A stretch of DNA of 64,000 nucleotides from Takakia lepidozioides (lineage: Eukaryota; Plantae; Bryophyta), in assembly GCA_030704615.1 (NCBI GenBank), contig CM060733.1:14818001-14882000 (forward strand), read 5' to 3'. A model generated the notes under the pieces. It did no database searches, was not told where the DNA came from, and worked only from the letters and a program-made list of their open reading frames with translations. Positions 49,880 through 61,029 of this stretch are shown one piece after another (the stretch's first letter is position 1; each line of letters opens with the position of its first letter). The position numbers and the translations under genes were made by a program.

Positions 49880-50900
49880 AATAATCCAGGTCAAGCAATT
49901 GAGATCCATTGCTTGCCCCAACACCTGACGACGTGATGCCTCAGAAAGAGATGGCACCGCCGTGGTACCAGTGGTAAAACCCATCGCTCGCTAGCGCTCG
50001 TCAGCATTGGGCTCCACTAATTGTTGCAATAATCAAGGAGTTTGTTTCCGTACCATGGCGTCCCATGGCGAAGAACCAAACCCCACACTTGACTCTACTC
50101 TCCACTAGCAAGAGGCCAGGTCCACCATCCCGAAAAGCATGGGATCCTGGGAAGCTGAGCAGTGTAGGTAATGCTGCTCGTGGTTGATTCACCTTGTTGA
50201 CCACTGCCAAAGGCGAACGGTCATCGTGTCTCACACGTTGAGACTGCCTCCCTGTGTCCAAAATGCTATCCACTGTGAGGTGTGCTGGCCGCTGCACCCC
50301 ATCAAATGCACGCTTGAGCAGTGCGGGTGGCATCAAGTTAGTCCACCATAGCCGTGGATGATGAGCTCGTGACCCCACTGCAGCTGCATCCAGCAACACT
50401 ACTGACCCAAACCACGACCGGACTTGATGTACACTGGCCATCACCCTGGCCCGAGAATCACCCATCAGTGGCACATTCTCCAAGATGTATGCTGGCGATA
50501 CAGCTTGATGAAGCTGCAAGTGGCGCAAAATCCGCACCATCTCCCAAAACAGACCCGTCCTCGAGTCTCGCAATCCATTGCCATGCCCGGCTGATGAATG
50601 CCCTTGGCAGGGTCAACCTGCCACTACCAGATCAATGGAGCCAACCTGCTCCAAATCCTGCGCCCCCAGCAACGAAATGTCTGCTGGCAAGGCTTGTTGG
50701 TATCCACGAACTGCAGACACTGGCAACAAATCAGGGTATTGCTGTACCAACTGAGCAACATGGCGCAGTGAGACGCGTCGTGCAGTCTCATCCCTCTCCA
50801 CATACAGGTAACGTCGAACTCGTACACCTGCCTACAGTATTGCAGCCAATCCAGTGCTGATCCCGCCAAACAAGTCCAGAAGACATATGCCTTCATCCGG
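49880..50900 (-). pseudogene. DNMT3-like C5-cytosine DNA methyltransferase domain embedded in the pol of element B
   Basis: Motif I LLDLFGGISTG; motif II YVERD; DIS; motif IV DLVVAG*PCQGHS (stop at 50613-50615); LFWEMVRIL; motif VI YILENV; motif VIII AHHPRLWWTN; motif IX-X ER.RAMGF..GTT..SEASRRQVLGQAMD. Confidence 0.9.
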
Positions 50901-51249
50901 GCACTGCCATACAAGAGGTGTGGTGTCCAATGGCGACAACTGAGGTGGTCCTAGTGCAATCACCGCACTTCTCTTCTCCTGACGGTACGAAGGCCTCTAC
51001 CCAGGCTTGTTGTACCCGTCCATCAGCAGCCTGCTGCAAATCCTTGTTCGTACCCCATAATGGAGTGTGAGCAACCATAGCAGGCAACTCCGCCGTACCA
51101 TGCATATCATCCTGCTCTGCTGGAGGTGGCACATCCTCTGCATGGGCATTGCCTTCCAGCAACTCTCTAGGCCAACTAACTGCAGCTGTAAAGGCGACTA
51201 GTGTTGGCATCTTGCCTCGCTGGGCAGCCGCAATATCCCCAATGAATGT

Positions 51250-51660
51250 CACAGGGAGCTGTGCACGACGACCATCCCCTGACTGCCATCCAGGCCTGTA
51301 GGATGCTGACTCCTCCCAAAAGTCCAGGGTGAAGCCCATGGGATATAACATTGCCCCACCAACAAGGACATCGTAAGAGACCGCGTCTGTCACAATGGCC
51401 TTGGCTCGCATCACTGAGCCATCTACAGGATGATCTGGTTGTAGTCCAATGGCCAACTCACGCCGTGTCATGCCCCGAGCCTGCTCTGATCCTCCCAGAG
51501 ATGTCTGTATCTGAAAAGGACAAGGCTCCATATCCGCCTCCATGAGGCCCAAACCTGCAATAGCAGCTCTGCCCAACATCAGTGGCTGAGCTCCTGAGTC
51601 CAACAAGACCCGCAGTGGCCGGTACTTCTTGCCTGCGGTCCACTCAAAGTGAAAATGCCT
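51250..51660 (-). pseudogene. Aspartic protease of element B
   Basis: VLLDSGAQPLM active-site motif; YDVLVGGAMLYPMGFTLD. Confidence 0.8.
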
Positions 51661-51979
51661 CCCTGGTTGTCTAACAAGACAACTCCAGGTGTCACCATGG
51701 CGCGCTCAAAGGCTGGCCTAGCTGGCAACTCCGTCAACCTGGCAGCTACAGCTTGCCATGGCGCAGCCGTGGCAGTCTTGACCCTCAAATCCGAGGATCC
51801 CTCTGCCACTACACCTTCTAGTAACTCCGCAGAAGATGAAGTGACCTCCCCACTCTCGCAGAGTGTTGCTGCTAGTCTGAACACTGTAGCTGGTCTTACC
51901 CCCGGCGTCGCAATCATGGTTGCCGAGAACAGTGGGGCTTGACACACAGAGGTGGCTGCCCCCAATAACACACGGCTGC

Positions 51980-53810
51980 ACTAGGCTTGGTAGCAGGTGT
52001 CAGTGCTGCACGTGTAGCTCTCCCCAATGGCATAGTAACCTCCGCCTCGGTAACAGTCGGGCGAGAGAACTAGGTGCCATGGATGGCGTCGACACTGTCT
52101 CCGCCAATGTGAATGACTGAGGAAGCCTCGCCTGACGGCTTGCCTCCCCACGCTGTGGATCCAATTCCACCTCTGCCACTCGTGGCTCATGAACTCGTGC
52201 TGCTTCTCGAGTCACGGCTGCAGCAGACTCCACCTGCACTAGTGGTAGTACTGCTCCGCACATGAATCCCATGCCTCCCATATCTCCTCCCTCAGGAATA
52301 GGAGGTGGACCATCCCGCCTGGGAGCGGTATCACCTGAGCTGTAGCCATGGCAGCGAGCCTCTGCTCTAGCTGCTGAAGCCGGTTGGCCATGTCTTGGTC
52401 AACACCCTGACCTCCGCGTCCTTGGCCATGTTGAGCTTGCCCTTGGCTTGCACCTCGTGCCCGACCACCTCGTCCTCTCTGGGCTGGTCCACCTCGCCCC
52501 CGGCCACCATTGTTCCCTTGGAACTGGCCTGGGCGCAACTCAGGGTGCAAGTCATAACACTGGGCATCTCCATGCCCATACTTGCCACAATGCCCACACT
52601 GCAAATGTGCAGGCTGTGCTTGTGCCGGCCTTCTGCCACTCTCTGGGCAATCTCTCTTGACATGGGTCCTCCACATGTCCAACATATCACCCCTGGTTGC
52701 TGTTGGCCTGCAAAAGATGCCACGGGCCTCTACACCTGAGGTCCCCTGTAAGGTCCATGGAACTTGGGTTGGGCAACCTTGCCCCCTGACCACGCTGTTG
52801 GGCAGTCCCTTGTACCTGTTGGCTGGCAGCTGCACCTCGTGCAGGCATGTCCTTGCCAAATCCAATGGTAACAACTCGCTCCTCCACCATGTTGGCTCAA
52901 TCCGCTCAGCCAGCAGAAACACATCCGCTAATGTGGGTTGGGCCGCTTGTAACAGGGTTGCATCCCGCACCCTTCTCTTGAGCTCCTTGTCCAAAATTCC
53001 ATACCAGAACTGGACTGCCTGAGCTTCAATAACCCCTTGGGTCACACTTATCAAGCGCCTCATACGAGTGTAGGCCTCTCGCAAGCTCTCACTGGATTTG
53101 CGCTGGAAGTCTTGCAAAACTTCGCAGCTTCTCTGTCCGTACACCTTGGTAGTTCCTCCGCAACTCCTGGAAGAACTCCACCACCGGGTTGAATCTAGGC
53201 ACATGTGTTGTAATTGTGGCAGAGGAGAGTAGTAGCACCTTTTGAACTGGTACCACCTGCAGAAGTGCCGGCACTACTTGTTCCACTACTAGTGCTTGTA
53301 GTTGGAGATGTTTGTGAAGCTGCTGGTGTCACCGCTGCCCTTGTGCCTCTAGTGATTGAGACATAGTTAGGTGACCAATACTCTCGCACTCCTCAATCTC
53401 CACCGCATGTCCCCGCCTAAATTCATGGTAACATCCATGGGCGGCCCCTCAAGGTGCTGGAATAGCCCCTTCCACGCCATAAAGGGCGTAAATAGTTGTG
53501 GATTGCGCATTTGCTTGCAATCACACCAACTGTCAAACTCTTGTATAAGGTCATCAAGCTGATGGTGCCCACAGCTCCAGAGTACCTACGTGGCCCCTTG
53601 GTAGCTCCATACATCTCCTCCATCGTGTCCACAACATGGCACGGAAATGACTTGCACCCTCGGCGAGAATCCTCCTGACTCCGAGTCTGAACCTTCCTCA
53701 GAAGATACTGAAGGTGAAAGTGGCCTAAACCGCACACCTTGTCTTGTGTACCCACTAGTATCGCTGGTGCTTGTACCGGCACTCCCTCAGCAGCTGGTGG
53801 CACCTCCGTG
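51980..53810 (-). pseudogene. gag of element B (retrotransposon gag core + two CCHC zinc knuckles), frameshifted
   Basis: FQRKSSESLREAYTRMRRLI..QFWYGIL; CWTCGG.HVKRDC and CGHCGKYGHGDAQC; RG-rich tail. Confidence 0.8.
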
Positions 53811-54510
53811 ATGAAAACTCACAACCCAACCGGTTGTCAACCTGTCTCTAATCCCCACTTTCTACAAGGTAAACCAACCTGTTGTGGCTACTGGTTCAAG
53901 CAGGAATAATAGGTTTCTAACGTAGACCTGTACTGCACCTGCATCCACCACAAGCACTCCTATGGTCTGCTGGTCATCAACCCAGCCTCACCATAGAAGA
54001 AACACTGGTGGTCTTGCTGGTCATCACTCCAGCCTCACCACCGACAGCATACTCTAGGATTGGCGGTGATCAAATCCGGACCAACCTCCTATGAAAACAA
54101 GCGCCCACACAAAGCTAACATGGCGCACAGTCAAGCATGCAGGTGTGGAGGGGATCCAAACACAAAAAAATCAAGACAACAACTCCCCCACACCAAAAAC
54201 ACTCCACAGTGTCGCTCCTGCAAGGACACCCAGCCCAAACCCGGACTGAATCTTGCCTCCACCTACGGAAAGGTTTTGGCCTACAGAGAGGGTGAAAAGA
54301 CTATGGAGAAGAGAAACTAAAGCAATCCTAACCCCAGAATGCTCTCATCCCACCACTCTCCCTCCTGTCTCTATCCACTCGCTTGTATGGCCGTGGCAAG
54401 TATCCTTCAATATCCCTCAATCAATCCTTCAAGAGCTCTTCAACATTGTCCACCAAAGCTCCTCGAAGGGTCCTCCAAGGACCCCAAAGATCCTCCAAAT
54501 ACTCCTCCAA

Positions 54511-54812
54511 GGGTGATACATTAACAGAGGTATAGTCTTAGGTTGCTAGGGTCCCTTATGTTGATGATACCTTTACAGAGGTATAGTCTTGAAAATGAGG
54601 GTTCTGTTTTTTATACTAACAGAGGTATAGTCTGAGCTGATTAGGGTTCACATATGGGATACCTCAATAGAGGTATAGTAAAATGGACAAGCTCCCGTTT
54701 GGTATACTAACAGAGGTATAGTCTCACATTAGGTTTCACATATGGTGATACCTCAACAGAGGTATAGTCAAAGGACAGCTCCTATTGGTATACTAACAGA
54801 GGTAGTAGTCTG
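54511..54812. repeat. Array of 7 ACAGAGGTATAGT cores at ~43-51-bp spacing (dimeric ~90-bp unit)
   Basis: Cores near 54525, 54576, 54619, 54667, 54710, 54756 and 54796; alternate copies share GATACC.. or TATACTA.. upstream context. Confidence 0.85.
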
Positions 54813-56571
54813 AGCATACACTACTAGGGTTTGTAATGATGAAGAGCTAGAATGCAAGTCCTTGACTTCTATGCTTCTACGCAAGCAAAAATATGGTCTC
54901 TAGGTGGTCATAAGAGGCATCTTCTTGCTCTCTTCCACCCCAATGTGCAACCAAGAGTGGTCCAACTCAACTTGAAAGTCATTGTCCACCAAATCAATCC
55001 CCCTTCTAGTCCTTGGGATTTGATTGCAAACTACCATATCTCCATGGCGAGCAAATCATGCATTTGTCTCCTCATCACTTGACAATTGCTCCAAATCAAC
55101 CCAAATTATCTCAATGTGTAGGAGCAATGCTTGTCACTTACAATAATGCTCCCCAACAATCCGCCTTGGATCCCACTCTCACGCCATATGCCTCATTTGG
55201 GGGTCTTGCCACCAATCCATCATCCATGTGCTCCCCGTGGTCATTTGAATGCATGTTTCATGACCTTTGGCCTATATGTTGCTCTCTCATCATTAACATG
55301 AATCAACACCGTCCACTTCACACACAAATGGATCTCAAAGGCCTTCACCTCGTGCTAGTTCAAGAGCTCCCCTTCTCAAACTGGAACTTACAAACTCAAG
55401 CGAGCATGCTCCACACATGCACCATTGCTTGGTTCAACTATCCACCACAAAGCTCGCACTACCAAGAGCATGAATAGCAAAGTATTGCCTCCACCTCTTG
55501 TCACATTACATAGTTAGGGCGAAGTTGCATACATTGAATGATGATTCCCTTCAAGGATTTCCCACCACATGTTCTCCAAGCCCTCCATGGCACCCTAAGC
55601 TTGGCTCCACACCACCATGATGCGAAGATTTCTTCACATGCTCCCTTTCAAAACTCTTGAGCTTCTTAGTGCTCTCCAAGTGCTTGCCTTCGTTGTCTTC
55701 AAGCCCAAGCAATATATAGCTAATGGCTTCTCTTCCACAACATCCACACTTTGAACTTGCTTAACCCTAGCTTGATAGTTGAAATGAGCACTAACAGCCT
55801 TTAGTCACTCTCCACAAGCCATGGCGCACACCATCGACTCATAATGCATACAAAGGATTCTCAAACCCTAGAATCCATGCTTCCACACACACAAGACTTC
55901 CTCCTTACAATCCTTGCAAAATCTGTGACTCAAGAGCTTTCTTTCCAAGCTCTCCAACTCCTTGTGCATGCAATACTGAGCACCTTTCCTTGCAACCACT
56001 TGCCAAGCCTTTGTGATACAAGAGCTAAATTCTCCTAGCTCTCAACCTCTTTAAAATACAAGTGCAAAACTAATCCCTACACTCCAACACTCACAAGCAT
56101 AAGTCATCTTCTTGTAGTAATAAGAGAGAGAAAATGAGAGAAGTAGAAGAAGAAATGAAAAGCTCTCAAGCATGAAGCAATTCACATGAAGAACAAGCCC
56201 TAGTTCTTCCAAGTGAAATCCACTCTATCACATAAAAGAAGTCAAGCCAAGGGGCACCTTTGCTAAAGGAATTCACCCCCCTACCAAAACCCTCATCCCA
56301 ACTCCCTCTCAATACCTAGAGCTATGGAGGTGAGAGAAGCTCATGGAGGTTCAAATACCAAGAAGATGAGCCTCCTCAACACTCACAAAGGGGGAAAACC
56401 TTCTCCATGTCTCAAGTGAGGCTCGACACCTCACTTGGCATGTGAGACCAAATGAAGTCCAACACCAACAATAAAATATAAATGTTAATATCTAAAAATG
56501 TCCTAGTTAACTAGAAGTAGGTAATTCTAGATAACATGACCAATGAAGAATATCTTTTTCATGGACACATT

Positions 56572-57320
56572 AAATCCACGTCCAAGGGCATGCAATACAG
56601 TTTGGGTTGTTGCTACGGACTTTACCTGACGAAAAATGGGTGGCTCCGACCTCTGGTTGCTAAGGATAGTGATGAGGGTGGTGCAGTTCTTCTTTGATAA
56701 GGTGATACTTCGTATGGTTGCACCTCTTGAAAATCATCCACGGATCAAGGTGACAGAGTTCTGCACCAATTATGGAGATTGTTTGTTTAATTCAAACACT
56801 AAGATGCCGTTATCTGTCCTTACAATCCCCAATGCAATGGGTTTGACAGAACAATTTAACAAAAACTTATGCCAGATGCTTCGAGAAGCATGGATGGCAC
56901 TCATTGATTTGAAAGGATATTGATGTGCATATTCTGCTCTTTGCCTATAGGACTTCTATCCATGCCAGTACCAAAATCTCACCTTTTGAACGTTTGTATA
57001 GTAGGAAAGTAGAGAGAGAACTCCTTTGAATCTCTTGGCTGCAGGATATCAGCTACTGAGACTGAGAATTGGGAAGTTATTTTTGCTTTCCATGAATGCT
57101 AGACGACGTAGTTGCGTAAAACTGCAAAATCTAACATTGAATTGCCCAAGCTGATCAGGCCAAGAATTACAACGACGTGTTGTGGTATTCTAAGTCATTC
57201 AAGGTAGGCCAGTTGTTTGTGTCAAGCCCGCTTGGTAAGCAGATTTCTAAGGCAAACGAAGAATTTGATGGCCCTTACCTTATCTCTGATATTCTTCCTG
57301 GCAGGCCGGATGTCTTGCTC
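56572..57320 (+). mobile_element. Host Gypsy element A, part 3: decayed integrase core and GPY/F motif
   Basis: Frameshifted KGMQY..ATD.LTK, FFDKVILR, TDQG.EF, P.AMGLTEQFNKNLCQML, LFAYRTSIHASTKISPF, FDGPYLI. Confidence 0.8.
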
Positions 57321-57749
57321 CCCCAGCTTGCCTCTACTCCTCACCTAGCTAGATCCATTCAGGGTTCACTGCTTGTTCCATGCACTCTTATTTTTGATCT
57401 AACCTGTTTGAATGTTGAGATTCGTCAGGTGATCTTCACCCCACAGTTAGGACAGCTTGCACTCAAACCATGGCATCTTCTTTCACTTTTTTAGGAAGTC
57501 TTTGATTTCGTGCTAGTTTTCTGCCACCAATTGTGCACTTTGGGGTTTTTTTTCCTATGGGATGTTTTCCTCCACCCAGCTTGCAGAGGTTGAGGCTTTT
57601 CTTCCCTAGGTTTTTTATGCCTTGTGTGCGGGGTGTGTAGTTTGTTTTGGCTAGGCTTATTTTGGTTCTTCCTGAGCTCATCACTCACAGGAGCTCGCAG
57701 TTTCTTGTGGCCCCAGCAGGCTTCACATATGTGGAGCTGGGATTGCTTC

Positions 57750-58388
57750 TCACCTTTCTTTTCGACGTGGATGACTGGAGGAGGGATGCCCTCCGGATGA
57801 TTTAGGGAGGGACAGAGCAGGATGCCAGTATCACGATGCAGATGAACTACACCTTGCGCATGAGGATGACCTGGTGACAGCTGATGACTTTATTAGGTGT
57901 ATCTTATTCTAAACAGCTGGTTTAGGATTAGCTTAGGATGGGTCTGGGTGGGTGATCTGGCTTCTTCTATGGCTATGCTAGAGAGGCATCTGGTGGGCCT
58001 ATATGTAAGTGCCACGCAGCACTGGATTAGATTATGACCTAATACTATTTAAGCCTCACTGCCGTGGCAGTGAAGAACCCTCGCCAGTGTTAAATGAGGA
58101 ATCTGAAAACTCCAATCCGACGATCTCTATTGTAGATCTCTCATTATCGATGAGCATATATCTTTGGGATTTTGGGTTCTAACACGAGCGGTACGCGGGG
58201 GTTTGTTGTAACGGGTGTACTGTTTTGTACTTGAGGTGGGTGATGAAACTGTTTGGAAAGTTGAGTCCGTGGTGTCATCTTCGTGAGATTCCGTCTTCTT
58301 GCAGGCCCCATCTATCGACTACGTTTCCCCATATAGGATTAAGTCCGGTGAGGAAAGGAAGGGGAACAAACCCATAGCGCCGGAATCA
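57750..58388 (+). mobile_element. 3' LTR of element A (same family as the LTR at 891-1413)
   Basis: Ends ..CGCCGGAATCA at 58388. Collinear with the reverse complement of 891-1413, with ~100 bp of extra sequence at ~58075-58170. The 5' boundary is approximate. Confidence 0.85.
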
Positions 58389-59499
58389 GGCCTCACAATA
58401 TCTTCGTCCATAATTGCCAGTATATTGGTGTTGGGAGAGTGAGGTAATCGCACAGTCCTGGGAACGCTTCAGAGTAGGCCCCTAAGGGGGGACGGTTTAG
58501 AGATTTAGAGAATGGGGGGGAGGAGAGTACAAGGGGAGACTAGCTTGGAAATAGTCATTGATTTTGTTGCATAAGGGTGGGATGGGGCTGCTGTCCATTG
58601 GGTTTTTAGAGAGGAAAGATTGCACATTTCTAACAGAGATCCAGATGGAGTCAAGGCTCATGTTATCACGCCATGTCAACAAAAACGTTGGGTTTGGATG
58701 CTTCCGAAAATCAGTGGAGTGAGAACATGTAGCCACTGTGGGTCTTAACTTGACAGTCCCTGTCTTTAAAAGGAGCTGGTAGCAGCCTGAGGGTAAATAA
58801 AGGAAGGAAGGAGGGGGGGCTGATGGAATGTTGTATGTGGATAAGTTGCCCGAAGTTTTTTGCAAATATGCCGTTACTTTTTACCATTTGAATCTGTCCC
58901 AGGCAATGAGCCGAGACACTGGCAGGGGAGCTGGTATGGCGGAGCCTTGTGCTGGAGGATGTTGGATGTTGGATGCTGAAGAGCCTGACTTCCCTCTGAT
59001 GATTGATGCTTTTGTTTCTCGTACGGATGCCATTTTGAGAAGCCTAGTGGAGAGGGAGGCCGCCGCCTCGAGCAGCATAGGGTCTTGATGTTCCTTCCTT
59101 CTTTTGATAGGGGGGAGTAGTGGAGACTTTGCTTTAAGGCAGAGTCCCATGCCTGGTAAGATGGAGCTGAATTTGAAAAGAGGCTGTGTAGGTGTGGGGG
59201 TGATTGGCGGTATGGTTCTGATTGAGGGATGGGTTTTAAAGAGAAAATGGTTTGAATAATAGGAGGATGCCCCAACATGTTCATGAACTCTGGCCATTCT
59301 TTCATCTTGCCTTGGAGCAGTCAGTGATCTGAGATGACCAGAAAGGCCACAAAATAACAGCTTGAAGAGGGCCGTTATCTTCCGAAACTCTGACCAAAAA
59401 GTAATTCCCCTGATCATCAATTGGCAATCTGTTAAACTGAAGAGATCTTGTATGCGGGCATCATAACACATCTTTGCAAAACCATTTTCATGAAGGTTG

Positions 59500-60330
59500 A
59501 TGCCAATGTAGCCCCCTCCAGGTAGGATCCTTCGCAGCGGCGGCCAAGCTCTGCTTGGATCAAAAACCGCCAGGCACCCTAAAAAATCTCAAAGAAAAGA
59601 AATTCCCAATCGTTGGTAGGCAAAAACAATATTGGTCCGGAATATATGGAGCGAGATTATCCTGGGGCCTCTCCGATCTTCCGTTAATGTTGTCCATTAC
59701 TCTTGGGACCAGGGAAATATATTGACGTTGAACCCATGCAAATAGGGATTGAAACCCAAGGCTCTGTCTGTCGCCTCTTTGGATTCCAGGAGGACAGAGA
59801 AGAAGCCACAAACCCTTGCATGGCAAAAGTGTCGCTGCAGGTCTCCAGTTCCCCCTAGGTGCCTGATTGCCCAATCGCGAGCGTGGTTCCTATCAACTTT
59901 CCTGCCAGGAAAGTGCAAGAGGACCCTATTGCTTTCAATATGAGCTACGTTTGAATACATTTGGGGCAATTCGACTGGCACCAGAGGGTGCTCTTTTGCC
60001 ATCCTATTTAAAAGCTGCAATTGTGCTTAGAGATCCGTCCGAGAGGTCTTGTCCAGGGAAGCGGAGGGAGCCCGGAGCCTGTTGTAGCATGCGGTTGAAT
60101 TCGCGGGGCGATGATAGCCTTGCCGAATCGCACAACCAGCTGGGATTGAGGGCGCAAATAGACGAGGGACGTTGGGGGATGAGGCCTCATAAGCCTGAAG
60201 TTGGTGAGACAGAAGAAACACCTGTGAAGAATTGATGAGTTTGTGATGTGAAGGGTTGGTGAAAATGCCTCGCTTCAACAACGTTGTTGTGGCCAGCGCT
60301 AACGGGGGCTGACTTGACATATTTATTGAG
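59500..60330 (-). mobile_element. Degenerate L1-type LINE ORF1 remnant (DUF4283-like)
   Basis: NRVLLHFPGR...W....GFFSVLLESKEATDRALGFNPY..FNVNIFPW resembles the plant L1 ORF1 RRM-like region; broken frames. Confidence 0.5.
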
Positions 60331-61029
60331 CTGGGCCGCCATGGAGAGGATCGGGCGATGCAAGGTTGTTGGGAGAGGAGAAAATGGAGAAAAACAGAGG
60401 GAAGGTAGGAGGGGTGATGGAAGATGCAGCAGGTGAGAGACACAGTGACGAGAGTGGATACTTGGTTGCACGAGCTAATCAAACAGAAGCTGCAGTCGAG
60501 TGAGAGAGGCTACAGGGGGGGAGGGGTTAGAGAGGTGACTGTTGCATGGAGGTATTTTGCAGGGGTTCATTACCTCGATGGCAGAAGACAGAAGAGAGGT
60601 TGATTGAATGGGGAAATTTTAGCCGAGGGATTTTGGGAGGGCCACCATAGGAAGGCGGTTTTTCATTATGAAGAGATGATTAAGATAAACGTGGAGCGCT
60701 GAGTGCTGGGCTTGACACACGGATGAAAAGGTCCTTGTTCATCTGTTAGACTGCCCTGGGGAGAGTTTGAGGGAGGCCAAGGAGGGGTGATGGATTATGA
60801 TAGTTCAAAATGATGCCCAAGATACGGCAAAGGGCCTGAGATACGAGATTGATGATGAGAGGGATGATTGAGGGCCGATGCTGGACACAAGAAGGCAAGA
60901 TGCACATAAGGCGACGCAGACGTGAAGGGAAATCTTGAGCAACGAAGTACGTCATCTCAGCGATATTGCGGAGCTCCCCTCACTTCACCCCCATTTTCCC
61001 TTTCTAATTTGTTTCATCTATTTTACTAA

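Larger units (their letters stand above)
46158..56567 (-). mobile_element. ~10.4-kb insertion in element A integrase containing Ty3/Gypsy element B (gag-PR-DNMT-RT-RH-IN-PHD) plus an unassigned ~2-kb block
   Basis: Begins TGTC, ends GACA, flanked by CCTT/CATT; excision restores GPL|KSTSKGMQY. No matching LTR pair was found, so the boundaries and unity of the insert are uncertain. Confidence 0.65.

Noticed and set aside
54511-54812. CRISPR-like repeat-spacer appearance
   Set aside because: Core is only ~13 nt, spacers are related to each other (dimeric unit), there are no cas genes, and the context is a eukaryotic TE.
54830-56567. Separate gene or LTR in the right part of the 10.4-kb insert
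   Set aside because: Looks like decayed retroelement sequence, but has no long ORF, diagnostic motif or second copy in the window.
891-58388. One giant element or inversion bounded by the two LTR copies
   Set aside because: The copies are inverted, clearly diverged, have no shared TSD, and the left one has its own internal region pointing out of the window.
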